Below, piece after piece: positions 1 through 12,138 of a DNA stretch of 64,000 nt (position 1 is the first letter of the stretch; each line of letters starts with the position of its first letter). The position numbers were made by a program, and so were the translations under genes. Source of the stretch: Massalongia carnosa (lineage: Eukaryota); assembly GCA_965645245.1 (NCBI GenBank), contig OZ287071.1:2728001-2792000 (forward strand). Direction: 5' to 3'. The notes under the pieces are model-generated. The model was not told where the DNA came from. It worked only from the letters and a program-made list of their open reading frames with translations, and searched no databases.

Positions 1-1416
1 GAAGATCCATAGGGTATCGCATCTTCGCTTCGTCAAAGGGTATCATGTAATTTTGTCGCTCGTTGATTAGAAGTAGGTTGATGCCATCTACAACTGTTTT
101 CAAATCCCCTACAGCTCAGTCAGTATTGAATGTTTCTTAGGGTTGTACTCATTACCTGTTGATACTCCGAGATGACGTTTAAGAGCTGCGTGCCCCCCCT
201 CACCTCTAGAAGTAGTTGTGGTTCCGAAATGTAACACCTGATCGGTTTGAAATTTCACGAAGCGACGATGAAAGGACATGATGTACGTTTCTCGCAGATA
301 ATCCAAACATTCTCCATGCGTTAGATAGTAGGTGTCATTCATTCCCTGCCACGCCGACTCGTAATCAACTCTGGAAGCGGCTTATACAACAGAAGTCCAG
401 GCGGATATGAAGTCATCCCATTCTTCTTTGGTATTGAAGTCCTTCTTGCAATTTGCCGTCACATTCTTGTTGATATGCCAAAGACAGAGCAGATGATTCG
501 TATTGGGAAAGATCAATCGCACGGCATTCATCAACCCACGTTCCATGTCGGTCACAACAACCACCGGATCTGGAAGTTGCAACTGCGCATACAACGACTT
601 CAATTGCCCCAATGTCCACTCGTAATCCACCTGCTTCTCCTTTGCCATGAAGCAAAACGCGACATAGAAATTAGTATGTAGGGCCGTTTGCCCGCTGATG
701 ATCAGCAACGGAAGTTTATATCTGTTGGTTTTGTAGGTGCAATCCATGACCAGAACTTCATGATTGACCTTCAGTGGAGTTTGGGATGTTCCTCTCACGA
801 AGAATAAGTGGGTGATCTGATTGCGAATGTCTTTCTGATAGTTGTACGTCCAGTCGTTTTGATCAAGTTCCTGCATCAATGCCTGAACCGGGGTTAAAGG
901 ACCTAGAGTATCTCGTCTCAGCTGTGCCTTGATGTTGTAGATATCTCGAGGCTTGAATAACGGATTGTTGTCATCGGCGTCAATACGAAGAGTGGAGAGA
1001 ATCTTAGGAGCTGTTTGCACAGTCAATTGTCTAGAGATATCGTTCTTAATCTCTTCAGTCATAGCCATTTTGCGTAACGTTGGATGCGATCCAGCAATTG
1101 TAGCTTCATGATTATGGAATGGGTTGATTACTTCCAATAACCAGGTTCCATCCACTCTGTTTCGCACCGCCATGACCTTGAACTGACAATCGATGATTCG
1201 AGTATTGGTATGACGTCTATCTCTGCCTCGAGGTATTCGATTGCTACCTCCCCTGTCGCAGCGCAACCAGACTTTTCTCTTGATGCCAAGATCTGATTTC
1301 TTTGATCTAGCTGTGACTACCGCGTATCCTTCTGAGCCGGCGTGAGTATTGACGCTGAGAATGAGTTCTTCCAAGGTGGAAAAAACCTGGTCATCGTGAG
1401 GAGGAGCCAGAGGCAT
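1..1416 (-). pseudogene. Mutator-like (MULE) transposase, FAR1 + MULE DDE domain; one in-frame stop; runs off window start
   Basis: ORF 382..1416 has a FAR1-like N-terminus (GYAVVT..CDRGG..CQF..HNH), VMDCTYKTNRYKLPL, VVTDMERGLMNA and LLCLWHINKNV. The frame continues past TAA at 382-384 (VV*AASRVDY) into the 109..342 ORF. A GT-AG intron at 109..155 restores STG|DLKTVVD. Confidence 0.9.
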
Positions 1417-1559
1417 GATTTGAGAATGATTGAGAAAGATGATGCATCAATTGAAAATTTCAAGATCTCATTTGATTTTTCATCTGCTAACCAAGAAAGG
1501 TAAAGTGGTGCGAAATGTGCCGGCCCTTTACCTTTTTGGGAAGAGGGTGTATATGTATC

Positions 1560-1625
1560 AAGTGCCCGGTGTACTTGTACATGCATCAAGTGCCCGGTGT
1601 AAATGCATCCTACCCGGTGTCCCCG
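1560..1625. repeat. Subterminal repeats (agtgcccggtgta x2 plus variant) of the MULE upstream end
   Basis: Short direct repeats upstream of the MULE transposase start; the partner end lies outside the window. Confidence 0.45.
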
Positions 1626-1838
1626 TATCGTTAGTTCTTTCCAAACGGTAAGGCTGTTAGTTAGTCATTCACAAGGCTAGTTATAATGCTTGAGAGTTAT
1701 CCCAAGTGCGCTTAGCCACTTTGGGGGGATGCGGCTGTTGATTCGTGCGCTGGTGCAGAGCGATACGAGGGCACGGATATACAAATAGAGATAGCTACCT
1801 AAAACAAATTTGATCTTTTGATATTTTAGGTCGCTACA

Positions 1839-4800
1839 ATGATGTGCAGCAGAGACACAGTAAAGGCCTCAGGTCTTAATATTTGGGTCAGTGGCGAGCA
1901 AGACTGTAACGGACCCGAAGTAGAGTAAGACAAACGATTCTTCATGGAGTCGCAGCATCACTGACAAGCGTTTAAGCGTTATTGCAGTTCAAGGTCTCGG
2001 TGCTGATCCATATTACACATGGGTCTCAAGGCAAAATTCTGCGAAGCAACCGAATTCTAGAAAAGCTCATCGATTCAAGTTCTTAAATAGCCGTGCTCAG
2101 ACTGACAAACTTTCGGATGCCGCTCAAACGACATCCGACACTGCTGAAGTCATGTGGCTTCGAGACTTGCTGCCGAACTTCGCTTCAAATGCTCGAGTTG
2201 CGACATACAGTTACGAGTCAGACTGGCGAAGAGCAGACATCAAAACAAGTCTCCGCAAATGTGGGGAGCAGTTTCTTAATGTTCTTTATCAGAATCGGTC
2301 AAGTGAAACAGTTAGTAAAGCGATCGCGGGAATTCCTCATTTGTCCTTCCTAATAGTCTATATAGCAACGTCGTCGACCCTTGATTTTTATTGGGCATAG
2401 CCTTGGAGGTTTAGTTATTAAACAGGTCGGTCTAGCTTGACACTAAATTTTTTAATTACTAAGGTCCTCTTCATAGGCTCTAGTATTAGCCAATCATGGT
2501 GAAGATTTTAGAGACATCAAACTGTCCACGACTGGGATCATCTTTCTTGGAACGCCACATCAAGGAAGTGACGCTGCAGTATATGGTACATGGCTTGCTC
2601 AAGCAGTAGGACATGATAAGACGTTATTGGAGTCTTTGAAAAAAAACAGCTCTACTCTTCATGATGTAGCGCGAGACTTCGAAACAAGTTACGTCAATGT
2701 TGATATCGTTTGCTTTTATGAAGACAAGAAAGGGTCATATGGACCTTGGCAAACTCAGGTCTTATAATATCTGTCTTCATGCTCAACTAGGATGAAAGCT
2801 TATAACTCATAGTTCGTTGATTATCAGTCAGCTTCTTTGCTTAGCAAAAGGACCATATACCTCACCACCGATCACTCGGGGTTGAACAAATTTAATGACC
2901 CTGAAGATGAAAATTTTCTCTTGATAAAGCCAGAGGTTCAGAGAATGATTCAGAATGCGTCTCAAAGAGTCGAGGAACAGTATCACTGTAGGATTCATCT
3001 TTCTTACTTTAGACTTCACGTTTTTCAAGGCTTCTCTGACTTTTTATCAGCACGTGGTGAAATCAGCGAAAAAAAACCGTTTCATGTTGAATTCAGTCTT
3101 CAGGGCATTCCTGTGATGAATCATTTTGTAGCCCGAGACGCAGAGATGACTCGATTGACTCAGATTTTACTTCCCACTACCATAGATTCAATGCGTCGCA
3201 AAGTATTCATTCTTCACGGACTTGGCGGGATTGGAAAGACTCAGCTCTCCGTTGAATTCGCTCGACAACATCACAAGAACTACACCGCAGTCTTTTGGGT
3301 CGACGGCTCGACTAAGGAGAGACTGAAGCGAAGCATAGCTGACCTTGCCGGTCGACTACCACAGCATCAGATATCTGAAAATAGCAGAAATTATTCACAG
3401 GAGAAAAGCACGAAGAAGAACACGGATGTGGATGAAATCGTTAAGGATGTGCTCAATTGGTTATCACAGTCATCAAATGATCAATGGCTGCTAATTTTTG
3501 ACAACGTAGATCGAGAGTTTTTTGTATCAATTGAAGATCCGGAAGCCTTCAATGTTCAAGACTTTTTCCCAACGGCAGATCAAGGATCTATCCTTATCAC
3601 ATCTCGACTAGCCAGTTTATTGCATTTGGGTACGGATATGAAATTGAAACCGGTCGATCAATTGCAAGGAGAAAGTATTCTCAAGAACTGTCTTGGGCAA
3701 TCCATGCAAGGTCAGTGCAATGAGAAGCATACTTGCTCAGGCGTTATCTGAAATCTAAAACTTATTAGGTTTGTTCGAGATTGTCAATCTACTTCAAGGC
3801 CTCCCTCTGGCGATTAACCAAGCCGGCTCATACATGCGGAAAACAGGCACAAACGTGTCTGAGTACATCGAATCATATAACCACACATGGCAAAAATTAA
3901 TGAAAAAGCAGCATAACCTCACAATTCAAGCAGGTACAGATCGCAGTGTTTTGACAACATGGATGTTATCTTTCAATCATCTTCAGGCGCAAAGTGAGGA
4001 CGCAGCGAATATTTTAATGCTGTGGGCGTTTCTTGACAATCAAGATCTCTGGTATGAGCTCTTTGTATCTGCGCGAGATCTTGATATTGTCAACGAGATG
4101 CCTGATTGGTATATCAGATGTGCAGGCGATGAACTTGAATTTAAAGAATGCATAGGATTACTTTTGGAATATTCCTTCATCGATGCAAAAACTGAATCAT
4201 CTTCCTTCTTTATGCATCCTGTGCTTCATCAATGGTCACTTCACGCATTTGAAAAAGAGAAGACTGATATGAGCTGGCTTGCCATGATTATTGTCGCATC
4301 CGCTGTGCCGTTAAATACTGTACCTAATTATTCCTTCACATCGAGACGTCTTCTGCCACATTGCGATCGTGTTTTCCCATTACTGAAGCATCGCATACAA
4401 GAAAGCTTTGACAACAAGATAGATTCTTTATCTCTTTGCTACGCATGTCATGAATTAGGTCGTCTGTACACCAATCAAGGCAAAATGAAAGAAGCCGAAG
4501 AAATGTATCTGCGGGCACTGACAGGCAAGGAAAAGGCCTGGGGCGTCGAGCACACGTCGACGCTCGACACCGTCAACAATTTAGGAAATCTGTACAAGGA
4601 TCAAGGCAAGATGAAAGAAGCCGAAGAAATGTATCTACGGGCACTGACAGGCTACGAAAAGGCCTGGGGCGTCGAGCACACGTCGACGCTCGACACCGTC
4701 AACAATTTAGGACTTATGTACTTCGATCAAGGCAAGATGAAAGAAGCCGAAGAAATGTATCTGCGGGCACTGACAGGCTACGAAAAGGCCTGGGGCGTCG

Positions 4801-6098
4801 AGCACACGTCGACGCTCAACACCGTCAACAATTTAGGAATTCTGTACAGGAATCAAGGCAAAATGAAAGAAGCCGAAGAAATGTATCTGCGGGCACTGAC
4901 AGGCAAGGAAAAGGCCTGGGGCGTCGAGCACACGTCGACGCTCAACACCGTCAACAATTTAGGAATTCTGTACAGGAATCAAGGCAAAATGAAAGAAGCC
5001 GAAGAAATGTATCTGCGGGCACTGACAGGCAAGGAAAAGGCCTGGGGCGTCGAGCACACGTCGACGCTCGACACCGTCAACAATTTAGGACTTATGTACT
5101 TCGATCAAGGCAAGATGAAAGAAGCCGAAGAAATGTATCTGCGGGCACTGACAGGCAAGGAAAAGGCCTGGGGCGTCGAGCACACGTCGACGCTCGACAC
5201 CGTCAACAATTTAGGACTTATGTACTCCAATCAAGGCAAGATGAAAGAAGCCGAAGAAATGTATCTGCGGGCACTGACAGGCTACGAAAAGGCCTGGGGC
5301 GTCGAGCACACGTCGACGCTCAACACCGTCAACAATTTAGGAATTCTGTACAGGAATCAAGGCAAAATGAAAGAAGCCGAAGAAATGTATCTGCGGGCAC
5401 TGACAGGCTACGAAAAGGCCTGGGGCATCGAGCACACGTCGACGCTCAACACCGTCAACAATTTAGGAGTTCTGTACAGGAATCAAGGCAAAATGAAAGA
5501 AGCCGAAGAAATGTATCTGCGGGCACTGACAGGCTACGAAAAGGCCTGGGGCGTCGAGCACACGTCGACGCTCGACACCGTCAACAATTTAGGAAATCTG
5601 TACAAGGATCAAGGCAAGATGAAAGAAGCCGAAGAAATGTATCTGCGGGCACTGACAGGCAAGGAAAAGGCCTGGGGCGTCGAGCACACGTCGACGCTCA
5701 ACACCGTCAACAATTTAGGAATTCTGTACAGGAATCAAGGCAAAATGAAAGAAGCCGAAGAAATGTATCTGCGGGCACTGACAGGCTACGAAAAGGCCTG
5801 GGGACCTGAGCATAAATCGTCGTTAGACACAAGATATAATTTAGGAATCTTGTACAAGGAAAGATCTATGGTTAAGGATGCGACACATCACTTCAAGCTT
5901 GTCGTACAAGGTTATACAAGTACACTAGGATCCAAACACTGGGAGACAGCTGAGGCCCTAAATCAACTGAAAAGCTGCGACTCTGAACAGTTAAATAGAT
6001 TCACTGATGCATCTGACACGAATCATGCCTCAAAGTATACCGCAGAAAACAATCGACTAACTCGACTAATTCGAACTGTGCGACGAAAATTACATTGA
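1839..6098 (+). CDS. Fungal NLR: SesB-like alpha/beta hydrolase + NB-ARC + TPR (~1308 aa, 7 exons)
   Basis: Introns at 1925-1976, 2311-2365, 2426-2476, 2759-2812, 2988-3050 and 3711-3768 join into one open frame. Motifs: DVIAVQGLG, WLRDLLP, PLIFIGHSLGGLVIKQ, FLGTPHQGS, DHSGLNKF; P-loop GLGGIGKT; Walker B WLLIFDNVD; GLPLAI; MHPVLH; 42-aa TPR repeats. Confidence 0.92.
4464..5803 (+). repeat. Tandem 126-bp TPR-coding array, 11 near-identical units
   Basis: QGKMKEAEEMYLRALTG[K/Y]EKAWG occurs 11 times with near-identical DNA. Confidence 0.97.
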
Positions 6099-6480
6099 CG
6101 ATACAGAGAAGCTGATCGAGACGACTGCGGTGTTTGGGCGTTTCATTTAAAACTGGTTTCTTGTCATGAGTATCTATACATTAAAGTGATTCAGCCGGGG
6201 TGGAAGTTAATACTGGAACATGAGAAGAGAACTATATATGGTACTATTTCCCCTATCGTCTATACATTGATCTTGGTTTCAACATCAAAAAATTTTTTAT
6301 CTATCTGTCACTACTGATGTACGACCTTTCATCTAATTGTCATCTAGTCATCATTATCTATTGTTTTGCAGAAAACCAACGCTTAGCCTGCCTGCTCCCC
6401 TTAGCCAAGGCCTGGTGACGCAACATGCCTCCCGCCCTAGGCCTCTCCACGCCTCGCCCTATCTATATCTGTGGCTAGGA

Positions 6481-7240
6481 TGTAGCGAATCACACCCCAG
6501 CGATAAGCAGTTCCCTCTATCTTAGCGACAAAGTCTCAGATTGAACGAGTGATCATCAAGCTCCTGCTGATGCCCCGAAGAATCGACATCCGACGAGATG
6601 AAAAAGCAAGTAGAAAAGGTATCTGTACGTGCTCTGACTCTCTACCACACTCCCCCGCCTATTTACTATCCCGCTGTGTTCCCCGCGCCGATCACACACA
6701 AGCCCTCCATGAATCTGAGATATTTAAAGTCGTTCTGTCCCCGTCTTGCGGCAAATATATGTGACAGCCCCTCCCGATCTCTCCCAAAACGCAGATCCCC
6801 AATCCTTTCCAAACCAAACTGTCACGACCTCCCGTCGCTTTTCAAAGAGGCCCGGTGACGTGACTGTAGAGACAAAAAGTTAGTTACAGTATGACAGTTA
6901 TGCAATGTAGTTAGTTAGTTCGGGTAGCTAGGTATAGAGATATGGGTGTCGAGAAGGCTTATCGGAAGGGGGAGGAAAGTTCTTCTCTATTACAGCAGTT
7001 AGTTATTACTCGTATAAAACGAATACATCGTCAATAAATGAAAGTCTGTACGAATGTTTCACATAATGTTTCACCGAATCAGTACATCAATCAGAGAGTG
7101 AATAATGATCACACGGGATGAAGAGAAATTGACAGACACCACCGAAATCACGCATCTAGTGGAACGCAGTCATCTTGTAAGAGTATTTTTAAAGCTAGGT
7201 GCCTGTCTACGTTGCTACACTCCCCCGAAAGATCCCCCGA
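6481..7240 (-). mobile_element. Cluster of LTR-like remnants
   Basis: TGTAGC at 6481 and GCTACA at 7219; minus-strand purine tracts (GGGGGAG) directly precede TG at 6649 and 7219. No TSD or paired LTR found. Confidence 0.35.
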
Positions 7241-9470
7241 GATTATGAATTGGGTGAGACGAACCGCGAAAAGTCCACAAAGCTACGGTCCTGAGACCCG
7301 CTCAATTGCCACAACTGAGTTCCTCGAGAATGATCTGCTATAGGCAACACAAGCGCTGAAAAGGGCGACATTCGGCCTGCAACATACAGCTCTCAAGAGG
7401 AGGGTGCTAGTGATCTATCACACTCCACCATGGCTATAGACTTCAGTTGACCCCCAAATATCTTGTTGATTGTGATAGCTTTCAGTCAATCATCCACACT
7501 CACTTTGAACCTATGGGTAACACTCTTGGGCCTTCGGGCGCCAGTGACCTCCAACATCGACACGCTTTCAGGTCTGGGTCAACTAGTCCTCAAAGTATCC
7601 ACTGTCTTGGGCACTCACTCTGAAGAAAGCGGTCATAATTATGAGACGCGAAACCCACCTCCGAACGCGCAACTATAGGTGATAGGGACGCATCGGGGGG
7701 GCTTCCGATATAACAGGGAGGCCACCAAGAATGTGCCGGAATAGGCTTTGGCTTGCGCTTTGCGCTCCAAGAGATCCCTCTATCAGTGGTTATGGCCAGA
7801 ATTACCTGGCAGTGATTACCCGGCAGTCGGACTTGGCCATCGATCATCAAGCTTGCTCAGCGCCAGGGAGTTATCATGTTAGTTACCCGGCGGTCGACCG
7901 CAAAAATCAAATCAAGAAATTTTCAAAAAAACCCCCCAAAATTTTAAGTTTAATACCAAATTCTTACCGCTATTTGGCGTTCGTCTTTATACCAGCATCT
8001 GGGCGCCCATAGGGCGCCCAAACTCCCTAATTGAGCACCCGTCCCTTTCGGGAGGAGGTTCCCCCAGAGACTAGCCACGGAGAGGCCATCGTGCCGGGCC
8101 CATCATACTCGTAGGCAGGAAGAGTCTTTTACCTACGCCTCCGCGATCAATGAGGCGCGGGTACCTATATTGTTATTAGCAAGAGTGAAAAATGGTAATC
8201 CGTAGCTGGGTTAGATCACCCAGCCTTCCTAAAAGAGAGTCGTCCCCGAGCGGTCCCATCAGCCTAAGTGTGCTCCCGAAGAAGCTTACTCAGGCCAATC
8301 AGCCCCGGTTCTCCACTCCCTCCCGGTGCAAATCCACTGTTGAAATCTAGCGTGTGTCTCCACCATCTCCTCATAGGATTGGTGGTATCATTATAGCCGG
8401 CCTTCACAGGGTCGAGTTCAATCGCCCGAAACTCTCCGGCACAAGTCCAGGGACACGTTCTCGAGGGTAGCTGATGCGTTACGTATGCGTTTGTGTATAC
8501 GGTGGGGGCATTTGAGCGGGGGCGTTGACTGAATGGGGAGGGGACTACGAATTGAGAGGAAACGAGCAATGGGGGTGAGAGCGAGAGAGAGGCGCAAGGG
8601 GGCGGAGGCGATGAAGTCCCCTAATAAGGTGCTGTTCTATGGGGTTGACCCCGCTGGGTACAGCTCCCTTTCATTATAGGACTTTTCTGGCAAACTCGGG
8701 GGGAGATCAGGGTCATGGGCTGCCCCCGCTGGGTGCGGGATCCCTTATAAAAGGTCATTTTCGACGGAGTCGGAAGGCGCAACGGGTCGGAATGGAGGAC
8801 GAGGAAGTCTCCCGATGCGAGAGCCGTTCCACGAGGTTACCCTCGCTGGGTACGGCCCCCCCGCGCCCCCCAAAGGGAATGGAGTATTGAGGAATCGGCT
8901 TCGGGAGCTCCCGGTGAAGACAGGTTCGGATGACCCCGGGGGGGCGGGGGCGAGGGCGGGGGCGATGATGTCCCGGGGAGGTGAATCCAGGCGGTCCTAG
9001 ACTCTCGAGCTCCCCTCCCCTCCGAGCGCCTGCGGACGCGTTCGCGCGGTAGGGATAGAGAGCACTCTCGCCCTAAAAATACTTAGCCGGATGTGGCTGA
9101 AGCTCAGTAAATCGTAGTAACAAGGTTACTCTACCTACCACTTACACCAACCCGTCCGGGCGATTAAGTTGTATGTAAGAGATTCATCCCCGCTGCGCAG
9201 GGTGAATTGCAATTCACCGACTAGGACTTGAGATGTTCCCTTAGCGGCACTGCCCGATCGTGTGACATGAACAGTTGATGGATGGCATAACGTTGAATTT
9301 ACTATGGTGACTGCTTGCAGGGCTGAGCTAGAAGCAATGAGGCTAAGCGAGTATTCCAACAAATAGAACAGCCGCAAAAACCAACTAGTTCATGTGACCT
9401 CGTGTTGCTTCTATTTCTAGGTTACACAGCGATCTGCACCTCGCTGGCGCCGTCACTCTCGCCGGCGCCT

Positions 9471-10545
9471 CTACCTAGCGCCCCCTTTCGGGCCTTGGTG
9501 CAGATCGCGGTGGATACTCCCAAGCCCAAGATGGAAACGGCTCGCGCGGCGATGCTGTTTAGGAGGCTGAGGAGGGTGTTGAAAACGGCGTGAGTTGGCT
9601 AAGATGTGGGATTGATGCGTTTGGATATAAAGCTTGTAGGAGTCTGACTTCCACCGGCCTAGTAATTGAATGTCGTTCTCGCTAAGACCGGCTTCCTTGG
9701 CCGACGTCGCTGCACCTCTTCGGAAAGAGTGACCTGAATAATTACCTGTTATGCCTAAGCTCTTAAGCCCTGATCGCATCGCAGTGGTCAAATATTCGCG
9801 TGTGAAAGCCTTTTGTTTATAGAATAAAGGGGAGGTTGCAGGTAGTGGAAACCGGGTGATCAAATTACGAAGGAATTTTACCGCGCAGGCCTCGTCCCCT
9901 GATGCGGCTATCGTTAGCGTAATGCCTCGACGAAACGGGTCAGTTTTGGACGCCGGCAAAGAGAGGAACAGCTTATCTGCTTCTAAGTGGACGGATTTCC
10001 TAGTTAAATGCCATGATTCGAAGCTTGGGTCTGTTAGGTCTCTGATAGTGTACGTAAATTCGCCTGCGCGAAGAAATCCTGCGAATGCCAGACAGTATGC
10101 TGCGTGTAGAGTGGCCTGCGCGTTGTCGGCTAAGTCCAATCGTTTCACTAAACGAAGGAGTATGTTTTTCATAATGGGCATTCGCTCTTTCTTGTCGGCT
10201 TCGCCATTCTTTCGCTTTATGCCGGCAATGATTCTATTTAGTACGGGATGGTGAAACGTTTCTAGATCCTCAAAGCCCGTGTCGATTTGGCTGGACCGAA
10301 CTCCGGCTAGATAGGCCTTGATGGTTTTGGGCTGTATTTGTGTTCTCCTAGCATCGCTATCCATGATGACATGGTCTGTATGGTTGCCGGAAATGGAGTC
10401 GCGTTCATTGATATTCTGCAGTGTGTTACATAGCTTCTTCTCCCTGTGTCATACAGACTGCGGGTTTTGACTGCCAAGCCCCACCACAGGTATCTAGCTG
10501 CTGGTCAGGATAGAATTATTTCGCTATACCAGCTTTCGGGAGGGT
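9471..10545 (-). pseudogene. Tyrosine recombinase of the YR retroelement (5' frameshift)
   Basis: AFAGFLRAGE, SKTDPFR, HSFRRGAAT, LGRWKSDSYKLY. The upstream frame reads ARYLWWGLAVKTRSLY. Confidence 0.9.
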
Positions 10546-10551
10546 CGCGTG

Positions 10552-12130
10552 CTAGGATTTGAGTAGAAGTTCCTGTAAATTGGGCCACTTGTTAGCGATT
10601 TTCTCCAATTTGCCCCGCGATAAGAGGTCAGCGAGCTCATTTGACTTTTTTGGGATCCAACGTATTTCAATCCGAATATCATGAATAGCGGTCAGCATTG
10701 CGATTGCCCGAAGAGGCCGCATAGCATTTCCACTAATAGATGATTTCCTTATTCCTGACGTGACAGCAAAGTTGTCACAGTGGAAAATCACATGGCTCCC
10801 TGCACAAAGGGGGAGCCATTTACGTAAAGCGTGTAATATCGCTGTCATTTCTTTGACATTGATGTGAATTGGCCTAAGCCGAGACGTGAAACGTTCGGAA
10901 AGTGCATGCTCAGCGGGCATGGTGAAACTGGTATGATCCTCCACTAGGATGTAGGCCCCAATGCCGTACCCTGATGCGTCGGTCCAAAGACGAAATGTCT
11001 CGCGAGGACGGTCTAACATGCGAATGCCATCCCATTTAGGTAAAAAAAGATGCCACCACTGCAGGTCGGCTTTGATATTCTCGTTAATATAAATATGACG
11101 CCCACGAGACATGGCTTTTGCGTTAAAAAGACGTCGGAGGAAAGCTCTCCCTGGCACTACCACTTTAGCTGCGAATGGCAAATATCCCACCAAGGAGTCT
11201 AATTCCTCCCTTCTAATCGATGATTTTTGCAAGGCCTGTTTGACGAGGTCTTTGGCTTTCTGCAGTTTGTCTGGTGGTAGCCGTGCTTCCATGAGCATAT
11301 TGTCCAATTCAATGCCTAAGAAATCGATCACACGACCAGTTTTTTTTTCTTTTCGTTGACTGCGATTCCAAGGTCTTTGCAAAGATCGAAGAAGTACCGA
11401 GTGAAAGCTTCCGCTTCGGGATTAGTGCGGCAAACTGCCAAGAAATCATCTAGATAATGAAGCGCATGTTGCTTTTTAAACACATCCAATTTATAAACAA
11501 ATCGAATAGAAAAGGGGACGTGCGCAAGCCGAAAGGTAGAAAGCGCTCCATCCAGTAAACATTATCCCATTGAAATCCCATCAACCACCAGTCGCTTTTA
11601 GTCACGGGTATATGGCGAAAGGCATCGGAGAAATCCCTTTTTACTAATATGCACCCTTTTCCTTGTTTTCTTATTTTGGCGACAGCGTCATCGAATGTGG
11701 GGTATTCCAAGGCTCATTCCTGAGGGATGAAGTCATTTACCGACGATCCTTCAGGATGAGATAAATGATGGATACGGCGCCATGTACCATTTTATTTGGG
11801 TACGAGACCTAATGGGGATGATATGAACTTGGAGGGAAGAATATCTAGTCGCGTCAATCGTCCCTTATCCCTCTGCTCCTCGACATCTTTAGTGAGTATA
11901 TCAGGAGCTTCTTTTGCTGATAGCAGATTGGGGCTGAGGATGAATTGTTCTGGGCCGGTATACCCAATCTTGGCCCCTTACCGAATAATATCAAAAATAG
12001 CCTGCTTGTACACGTTATCGGGATGAGTTTCTAGGTGCTTCTTCCAGCCGGCGAGGATGAGTGGTCCTTGCTGAAGAGCCTTGAGTTTGTCCATCAGTCT
12101 GTACGGAAAACCTTCCGTGATATGGTCATA
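10552..12130 (-). pseudogene. RT + RNase H of the YR retroelement (frameshifts and stops)
   Basis: SPLGLVPK, WRRIHHLS, KRDFSDAFRHIPV, LPFGLRTSPFLF, YLDDF, FLGIELD, WTDASGYG, HINVKEM, HCDNFAV, NELADLLSR. Confidence 0.9.
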
Positions 12131-12138
12131 TGGGCCGG

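Noticed and set aside
4464..5803. Regular repeats as a CRISPR array
   Set aside because: Contiguous in-frame 126-bp coding units without unique spacers, in a eukaryotic gene.
9110..9130. gtaacaaggtt resembling the 18S rRNA 3' end
   Set aside because: Only ~11 nt match; no surrounding rRNA or ITS sequence.
9261..9428. TGTGAC...GTTACA segment as a solo LTR
   Set aside because: No target-site duplication and no second copy in the window.
9471..10364. Tyrosine recombinase as a Starship captain, Crypton or phage integrase
   Set aside because: It directly follows RT/RNase H on the same strand and has DIRS/Ngaro-type motifs (KTDPFR, HSFRRGAAT, GRWKS); it is too short for a DUF3435 captain.
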